Positions 33,067 to 34,513 of a stretch of 34,513 bases of DNA are shown here, piece by piece. This DNA is from Nemertoderma westbladi (Eukaryota > Animalia > Xenacoelomorpha): positions 1-34,513 of the forward strand of contig JAUCBJ010003193.1 in assembly GCA_032718475.1 (NCBI GenBank), given 5' to 3'. Under the pieces are notes generated by a model, which was given only the letters and a program-made list of their open reading frames with translations, was not told the origin of the DNA and did not search any database. Within the stretch, counting starts at the first letter, position 1; each line of letters starts with the position of its first letter. Position numbers and translations under genes: made by a program.

Positions 33067-33680
33067 GAAGGGGACTATTGTGGGGGGGGGGGATTATTGG
33101 GGGGGGGGGGGAACTATTGGGGGGAGGGGGGACTATTGGGGGGGGGGGGGAACTATTGGGGGGAGGGGGGACTATTGGGGGGAGGGGGGACTATTGGGGG
33201 GAGGGGGGCACTATTGGGGGGATTATTGGTGGGAGGGAGGACTATTGGGGGAGGGGGATTATTGGGGGGAGGGTGGACTATTGTGGGAGGGGGATTATTG
33301 GGGGGGGGGGGGACTATTGGGGGGAGGGCGGCACTATTGGGGGAGGGGGGATTTATTGGGGGGAGGGGGGACTATTGGGGGAGAGAGATTATTGGGGGAA
33401 GGGGGACTATTGTGGGGATTATTGGGGGGAGGGAGATTATTGGGGGAGGGAGGATTATTGGGGGAGGGGGGGGGGCTATTGGGGGGAGGGGATTATTGGG
33501 GGGATGGGGGGACTATTAGGGGGAGGGGGATTATTGGGGGAGGGGGGATTATTGTGGGAGGGGCAGCACTATTAGTGTGGGGGAGGGGGGAGTTGTGATT
33601 ATTGGGGAAGGGGGAGGGGGGACTATTGGGGGAGGGGCAGCACTATTAGTGTTGAGGAGGGGGGGGGGGGGGCGACTATC
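33067..33680 (+). repeat. G-rich degenerate tandem repeat (GnGAYTATTGn), predicted G-quadruplex-forming
   Basis: About 30 GACTATT/GATTATT/CACTATT cores separated by G-runs, with extreme strand asymmetry. Confidence 0.92.
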
Positions 33681-34196
33681 GATTGTTTAAGGTTATTTAT
33701 GGATTGACGAGTCATGATCATAGTGCATGCTGGGGAGGTCCCTCGCAACAAAACCGTCCATACACAAACACAACCAGGTCCGATAATAAACATTCCATCA
33801 ATATTAAGTGCAAGAAGTAGTGTGTACGAACCATAAACACGTGAGAGAAATAAGGACATCCAATTCTTGATCTGTCCAAAAGTATGCCTGGTCTACGGGA
33901 GTGTCAAGATCTGGAGTTTCGAACAGGGAGCAGGGAGCACAATCACATCCTGTTGGATCAGGGGGTGTATAATATCAATAACCGGATGTTGGTACGGATT
34001 TCGTACTCTTGTAAATCGGTAAAAACACGCCGAAATTATGTAAACGAAATTGAATATCAATCCCCCTGTTGCTAGGTTGGTTGCTAGGTCAATGTTCTAA
34101 CAAAATCATTGGTGACTCTTCGCCAGTTAGTAGCTACCGAGTCAATGATAAACTGCCGCAAAGGAAAATGTAAAAATGTATGGAGCCACTAAACTA

Positions 34197-34446
34197 CTAG
34201 GATCAGCATGCTGCATTGCAGCTGTATTTTTAAGAATGCTGTGCCGGCTTGTCGACAAAATTGCGCCGCCACAACTCCCTATCACCCATGACATTTGCTA
34301 GATTATCCGCATCTTCAAGGCCAGTAGTCCTTTAAGATGCGTCTCAAGAAGTCATGGGCTGTCACCATGCTTATTCACTCCATGAGGCTGCCAAAGTACA
34401 AGATAATGCACTGGCTGGTCCTCACGGCGAAAGCAATGTCCTGCAA
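34197..34446 (-). mobile_element. Short 3'-end copy of the same RTE LINE family
   Basis: TAGGATCAGCATGCTGCATTGCAGCTG...GCAATGTCCTGCAA matches 934-1183 with a few indels; preceded by an ACTAC tail remnant. Confidence 0.92.
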
Positions 34447-34455
34447 GACTGCTAA

Positions 34456-34513
34456 GGAGGCGTTCATAAAGTATGTCACGCACCAGGGGGGGGGGGAGGG
34501 GGGGGGGGTTAGA
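34456..34513 (+). mobile_element. Left end of a PIF/Harbinger-like MITE, cut by the window edge
   Basis: TAA|GGAGGCGTTCATAAAGTATGTCACGC followed by poly-G resembles invertebrate Harbinger MITE ends with a TAA target. The other end is not in the window. Confidence 0.5.

Noticed and set aside
33065-33598. Gly-rich ORFs in three frames
   Set aside because: All three frames are open because of the G-rich repeat, and variable G-run lengths do not preserve any frame.

Overview
AT-rich, intron- and transposon-rich animal (invertebrate-type) nuclear DNA; it is not prokaryotic. One host gene can be reconstructed: NDUFS3 (mitochondrial complex I 30-kDa subunit), + strand, 7 coding exons from 7977 to 32829, 284 aa, all introns GT-AG. 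Exon 1 is inferred from splice phase rather than homology. Intron 5 is 19.3 kb and carries an L2/CR1-group LINE, an 892-bp foldback MITE, a 3.9-kb 29-bp satellite that appears to lie at the end of a Helentron/HINE-like element, a decayed 4.8-kb AcademX transposon and a young GC-rich CRE-type RT-RLE retroelement with an 11-bp TSD. Around the gene are three copies of one RTE LINE family, a 22-bp palindromic minisatellite, several MITEs, a 2.1-kb TIR element with an 8-bp TSD that carries other repeats, a tRNA-derived SINE and a G-rich array. The most unusual signal is a dense set of TA-flanked palindromes (TAGGCCTA, TACCGGTA, TACWGTA). Paralogue comparisons within the window show that two of these motif types arise as short insertions at TA, consistent with DNA-transposon excision footprints, and TAGGCCTA clusters at the inferred promoter. 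I see no CRISPR array and no prokaryote-style defence system.
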